Shown here: piece by piece, positions 59,812-64,000 of the stretch
How positions within the stretch are numbered: position 1 is the first letter of the stretch
Layout: the number at the start of each line of letters is the position of its first letter
Source: Bacteroidota bacterium
Lineage (GTDB): Bacteria > Bacteroidota > Ignavibacteria > UBA10030 > SZUA-254
NCBI GenBank assembly: GCA_035524335.1
Contig: DATKPE010000003.1
Span: forward strand, 2,902-66,901
DNA length: 64,000 nt
Direction: 5' to 3'
Translations under genes and position numbers: made by a program
Notes under the pieces: generated by a model
Told to the model about the DNA's origin: nothing
Databases searched by the model: none
Seen by the model: the letters and a program-made list of their open reading frames with translations, nothing else

Positions 59812-61095
59812 ATGACCGAGGCGCCGGGCCGCTGGGACAGGCGGAATTTCATTCTCAACGCTCTCGAGGGAGCCCTGTACGTTGTGGGGACCTCGATGAT
59901 CTCCGGGCAGACAGTCCTTCCGGCGCTGGTCTTCCACCTCGGCGGCGGCTCCGGCATCCTCGCACTCCTGAGCATCATCAATCTTGCGGGCGTCTATCTT
60001 CCCCAGCTTCCCGCCGCGCGATACGGCAGGCACCTCGCACGGAAAAAAGTCTGGGTGGTCGGCTTCGGCTTCCTCCAGCGGCTCTTCATCCTCATGATCG
60101 GCCTCGTCCTTCTCTTCTCCACCGGAACGGACAACGGACGAACGCTGGTGCTCTTCCTCTGCCTTTACGGCCTCAATCAGATCATCGTCGGCGTCACCTC
60201 CCCCGTCTGGTTCGACTTTTACGCAAAGCTGATACGGCGGCACTTCCGCGGCCGGTCGATGGGCGCCCGCACGGCGCTCGCCGGACTCATGTCGCTCGGT
60301 GCGACGGTCCTCCTGACCTACATCCTCACGGCATATGCCTTCCCCCTCAACTTCGCGATCCTGTTCCTCATCGCCTTCTTCTTCGAACTGCTGTCGATCA
60401 TCCTGCAGGCGCTCCTCGTTGAGGAGGAACCGAGCCCCGTGGAAGCCCGGAGCTCGCTCCCGGACTATCTCCGCTCTGTCCGGAACCTGTTGAAAACCAA
60501 CAGGAGTTTCCGCAGATTTCTGACCGCCTCCGCGGTGGTCGTCCTCGGAACACTGCCGGTCGGTTTTTTCACGGTCTACGGTATCTCCCGGTTTCATCTC
60601 ACCGAAGGGGCGGCGGGCCGGTTCACGCTGGTCATGGTCACCGGTCAGATCTTCGGAGCGGTCGTGATCGGTTATGCCGCCGACCATCTCGGGAACAAGA
60701 TCGCACTCACCGCCACGGTCTCGGCGCTCCTGCTGGCGGGCCTGACCGCCCTCGCCGCACCGACGGCAGGGTTGTACGCGGGTGTCTTTTTTCTGCTGGG
60801 GATTTACCTCGGGTCGGAGATGATGCTCAGGTACAACTTCGCGATAGAATTCGGACCTCCTGAACAGCGTTCGACGCTCATCGGCCTGATGAATACCCTG
60901 ATGGCCCCCTTCTATGCGATCGCGCTTTGCGGCGGGTGGATCATCTCTCTGTGGGGTTATCAGGGGGTGTTCACGCTGGGGGCGCTCTGCACCATCGCCG
61001 GACTTCTCTACCTCATCGTCGCCGTCCGGGAACCCCGCCCTCCCGCCACGATGCCCGGCAAAAACCGGAATTCCTCCCGCACCAGCGGAGAATGA
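59812..61095 (+). CDS. MFS-type transporter (second, divergent paralogue-like copy)
   Basis: Track ORF 59626.. trimmed to ATG 59812 (MTEAPGRWDRRNF) to remove overlap with the upstream gene. About 12 hydrophobic helices. The stop codon directly abuts the copA stop (TGATCA). Confidence 0.7.
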   Translation: MTEAPGRWDRRNFILNALEGALYVVGTSMISGQTVLPALVFHLGGGSGILALLSIINLAGVYLPQLPAARYGRHLARKKVWVVGFGFLQRLFILMIGLVLLFSTGTDNGRTLVLFLCLYGLNQIIVGVTSPVWFDFYAKLIRRHFRGRSMGARTALAGLMSLGATVLLTYILTAYAFPLNFAILFLIAFFFELLSIILQALLVEEEPSPVEARSSLPDYLRSVRNLLKTNRSFRRFLTASAVVVLGTLPVGFFTVYGISRFHLTEGAAGRFTLVMVTGQIFGAVVIGYAADHLGNKIALTATVSALLLAGLTALAAPTAGLYAGVFFLLGIYLGSEMMLRYNFAIEFGPPEQRSTLIGLMNTLMAPFYAIALCGGWIISLWGYQGVFTLGALCTIAGLLYLIVAVREPRPPATMPGKNRNSSRTSGE

Positions 61096-63330
61096 TCAGA
61101 CCTTTCCGCGCCGGAGACGAAGTGAGTTCGTCACGACGCTGACCGAACTGAACGCCATCGCCCCGGCGGCGATCATCGGATTCAGGAGTCCCGCCGCAGC
61201 AAGCGGTATCCCGACGGCGTTGTAGAAAAATGCCCAGAACAGGTTTTGGCGGATCGTCCGGAGCGTGCGCCGGGAGATGCGAATCGCCTCCCCGACCCCC
61301 CGGAGATCGTTCCGCATGAGCGTGATGCCGGCCGTTGCGATCGCCACGTCGATCCCCCCTCCCATGGCAATTCCCACATCCGCCGATGCAAGAGCCGGTG
61401 CGTCATTGATGCCGTCCCCGACCATCGCGACGCGTTTTCCTTCCGCTTTCAGCCCTTCGACAACCGCCGCTTTTCCTTCCGGAAGAACCTCCGCTATCAC
61501 GCGTTCGATCCGCGCTTCGCGCGCCATCCGTTCAGCTCTCGGCCGACGGTCACCGGTCAGAAGCACCGTCGCGATTCCCATGCTGTTCAGCTGTTGAACG
61601 GCGTCCCGGGCCGTTTCGTTGAGCTGTTCCTCCATCCGGATGAACCCTGCCAGACGTCCGCCGACGGCAACCGCAACCACCGATTGACCATCTCCCGGTC
61701 CGTCGTCCTCACCATCGTCGGGCACGCCGATCCCGCGGTCGCGGAGGAACGCGGGATTTCCCACGATCACCTCCAAATCCCCGACCCGGGCCGCCATACC
61801 CTTGCCCGGAAATTGTTCCGGGTCGGCGGCATCCGGTACCGTGACACGCGCTTCGGCGGCGTGACGGACGACAGACTTTGCAAACGGATGGGGCGAGTGA
61901 CGTTCCACAGCAGCCGCCAGTCGAAGTACTTCCTCCGCCGTCCGGGTTCCGACGGGTTGTATCCTGCCCACCGCCGGCGCACCGGTGGTCACCGTTCCGG
62001 TCTTGTCGAAAATCACCGTATCAACCGAACCGGCCCGCTGAAGCTGTTCGGCATCGCGGATCAGAATCCCGCGTGCGGCCGCCCGTCCGCTTCCCGTGAT
62101 CACCGCGGCGGGCGTGGCCAGACCAAGCGCACACGGACAGGCGATGACCAGAACTGCGATGAAATTCATGAGCGCGACCGGAACCGGCGCTCCCCCGATG
62201 GTCAGCCAGAAGAGAAACGTCGCCGCGGCAATCCCGATGACGGCCGGAACGAATACACCGGCTACACGATCTGCCAGCGCCTGGACGGGCGCCCTCGATC
62301 CCTGCGCCTCTTCGACGAGACGGATCATGCGGGCGATCACGGTATCCTTCCCGACGGCGGTCGCCGTCATCACCACCGTTCCGTCGGCGACCAGAGAACC
62401 TGCGGTGAGCCGGTCCCCCTTCTGTTTCGGGACCGGACCGCTTTCGCCGGTGATGAGGGACTCATCGATGGCGGCAGAGCCGTCATTCAATCGGCCGTCC
62501 ACCGGCACCTTCTCTCCCGGGCGTACCATGAGGACATCACCCGGCACAACCTGCGATACCGGAATTTCGCGTTCTCCGTCCTGCCGGAGAACGATTGCCA
62601 TTACCGGCTGGCCTGCGAGAAGCCGGGAGATTCCCTCACCGGTCTTTTTCTTTGCCCGGGCCTCGAGCATTCTGCCGAGCAGGACGAGCGCGATGATCAT
62701 AACCGCCGTATCGAGGTACATTCCCGTGGCTGCGGACCCGAATGAGGCCGGCCGGAGGAACGACAGAAGGGTCGCAAGATACGCCGACCCGGCTCCGACC
62801 GACACAAGGGTGTTCATATCGGCCGAGCCGCGGAGGAGAAGCTTCACCGCAGACAGAAAAAACCGCCTCCCCGGCCAGACCAGCACGAGTGTCGCCGCCG
62901 CCAGCGCTATCAGATCGGCCGGCCGGCTCTCGGGACGTGCACCCGAACCGCCGACAGGTTTCATTTCCATGAAACCGATGAGCATGACCAGCGCGGCGAG
63001 CGCAGCGGCGACCAGAAACTCCATCCGGAGTTTCCGGTGAGATCCGGCATTACCAGGCATGGATAATTCCGCGCCCGATTCCGGCGAAGGCAGGACCAGG
63101 CGATATCCTGCGCGATCGAGCTCGCCGGCGAGGCTGGCAAGCGTCGTTTCGGAGGGATCATAGACGATCGACACCTTTTCCGTCGCGAAGTTCACAACCG
63201 CGCCGCTGACCCCTTTGGCGGCCGTGAGCGTCTTTTCCACCCGGCGGACACAGCTTGCACAGGTCATGCCTTCCACCGGCAGGAGAACCGAGGATGTCTC
63301 CGCCGGACCGTGACGGGACACAGATTCCAT
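61096..63330 (-). CDS. copA: Copper-translocating P1B-type ATPase
   Basis: 744 aa. One N-terminal HMA domain (GMTCASCVRRVE). The membrane CPC motif reads ACPCALGLATP. The phosphorylation site is FDKTGTVT. The GDGINDAPAL hinge is present. Confidence 0.95.
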   Translation of the reverse strand: MESVSRHGPAETSSVLLPVEGMTCASCVRRVEKTLTAAKGVSGAVVNFATEKVSIVYDPSETTLASLAGELDRAGYRLVLPSPESGAELSMPGNAGSHRKLRMEFLVAAALAALVMLIGFMEMKPVGGSGARPESRPADLIALAAATLVLVWPGRRFFLSAVKLLLRGSADMNTLVSVGAGSAYLATLLSFLRPASFGSAATGMYLDTAVMIIALVLLGRMLEARAKKKTGEGISRLLAGQPVMAIVLRQDGEREIPVSQVVPGDVLMVRPGEKVPVDGRLNDGSAAIDESLITGESGPVPKQKGDRLTAGSLVADGTVVMTATAVGKDTVIARMIRLVEEAQGSRAPVQALADRVAGVFVPAVIGIAAATFLFWLTIGGAPVPVALMNFIAVLVIACPCALGLATPAAVITGSGRAAARGILIRDAEQLQRAGSVDTVIFDKTGTVTTGAPAVGRIQPVGTRTAEEVLRLAAAVERHSPHPFAKSVVRHAAEARVTVPDAADPEQFPGKGMAARVGDLEVIVGNPAFLRDRGIGVPDDGEDDGPGDGQSVVAVAVGGRLAGFIRMEEQLNETARDAVQQLNSMGIATVLLTGDRRPRAERMAREARIERVIAEVLPEGKAAVVEGLKAEGKRVAMVGDGINDAPALASADVGIAMGGGIDVAIATAGITLMRNDLRGVGEAIRISRRTLRTIRQNLFWAFFYNAVGIPLAAAGLLNPMIAAGAMAFSSVSVVTNSLRLRRGKV

Positions 63331-63539
63331 TACGACATTCCCAGGATGCTGAAACCCGCTTCCTCGATCACGGCCGAGATGCGCTCCGGAGTCATGGCCC
63401 CCTCTTCGTACGACACTTTCGCCGTCCCCACGGTAACGTCGTGCACCCTGACCTTTTCAAGCGCCGCAAGATGATCCGTGACCGCCTTGACGCAATGCTG
63501 ACAGCTCATCCCCCCGATAACGATATTCAGAGTTTTCAT
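63330..63539 (-). CDS. copZ: Heavy-metal-associated copper chaperone
   Basis: 69 aa with MKTLNIVIGGMSCQHCVKAV (MxCxxC). Its TAA stop overlaps the copA ATG by 1 nt (TAATG). Confidence 0.9.
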   Translation of the reverse strand: MKTLNIVIGGMSCQHCVKAVTDHLAALEKVRVHDVTVGTAKVSYEEGAMTPERISAVIEEAGFSILGMS

Positions 63540-63652
63540 GCGAGTTCCTTCGAAGTCTCAATACCCCAATATCGGGAAATTTTCCGTCTTCTGTCTTACA
63601 CGATTCGTCAAGAAATGTTACAGATTTCCCCGGACCGGGGCGAGGGAGCCGT

Positions 63653-64000
63653 TCAGCTCCGTCCGACAGTATCGATCGGGCGGCGCGGGACGGCTGTCTG
63701 ACGCAGAAATGCGGATGGGGTCATACCGGTGACTTTCCGGAACTGCCCCGAGAGATGTGCGACACTGCTGTAGCCGAGGATGTAGGCGATTTCGGTAAGC
63801 GTGGTATCCCCGTATTTGAGGAGTTCCTTCACCCGTTCGATTCGCTGGAGAATCAGGTAGTGTTCGATCGTGATGTTTTCGACAGACGAAAACAGGGCGC
63901 TCAGGGCGGCATACCGTTCACCGACCTCGCGTTCGATATAGACCGAGTCCTTGACCCGCACCGGTGTCGTCCGTTCGTCGATCTGCACGCGCCGGATGAC
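63653..64000 (-). CDS. AraC-family transcriptional regulator, C-terminal HTH part (5' end beyond right window edge)
   Basis: The frame stays open upstream of the track's GTG at 63988, through to position 64000. The double-HTH region is ITIEHYLILQRIERVKELLKYGDTTLTEIAYILGYSSVAHLSGQFRKVTGMTPSAF. Confidence 0.75.
   Translation of the reverse strand, partial: VIRRVQIDERTTPVRVKDSVYIEREVGERYAALSALFSSVENITIEHYLILQRIERVKELLKYGDTTLTEIAYILGYSSVAHLSGQFRKVTGMTPSAFLRQTAVPRRPIDTVGRS

Noticed and set aside
1-64000. Mobile elements, CRISPR arrays, tRNA/rRNA genes, defence systems
   Set aside because: Scanning every intergenic gap (all but three are under 240 nt) and the ORF translations, I recognised no transposase, integrase or nuclease-ATPase defence signature, no regularly spaced repeats and no cloverleaf-capable segment. 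Absence is by eye only; tRNAscan, Infernal and a repeat finder would be needed to be definitive.

Overview
GC-rich bacterial chromosome segment with strong GC3 bias, almost entirely coding. I call 41 protein genes. I recognised no rRNA, tRNA, CRISPR array or IS element by eye. Shine-Dalgarno sites and sigma70-like promoters are visible. A TonB-dependent receptor with a CarboxypepD_reg-type N-terminus, Sec/Tat-exported glycosidases and hyp genes suggest a Gram-negative saccharolytic anaerobe or facultative anaerobe from an environmental lineage (this taxonomy is inference only).

Modules from left to right:
1. Alpha-glucan utilisation: TBDR, SurA-like PPIase, GH13, orphan MalK-type ATPase, GH31, GT35 phosphorylase.
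2. Exopolysaccharide module: GT39, processive GT2, and a 1317-aa DUF2334/GH-like fusion protein.
3. PepF, an LmbE-type deacetylase and an APC permease.
4. N-glycan-type trimming genes (glycosylasparaginase, a 1060-aa clan GH-A enzyme, GH92, GH20, CutC), which are split by module 5.
5. An orphan hypABFCDE operon.
6. An 18-kb, 13-gene translationally coupled operon: XdhAB, a second FAD-less molybdenum hydroxylase, a DPD/YgfK-like reductase, SsnA, YgeY, a HyuA-like amidohydrolase, YgeW, two atypical PLP enzymes, MocA and XdhC. This is the most interesting system. It looks like a variant of the still poorly resolved anaerobic purine/urate catabolic cluster.
7. A 726-bp low-GC spacer with repeat motifs, followed by two MFS transporters.
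8. An AraC-CopZ-CopA copper module.

Many long antisense 'shadow' ORFs in the track are rejected. All family calls rest on motifs read from the translations and on memory of family signatures; no search was run.
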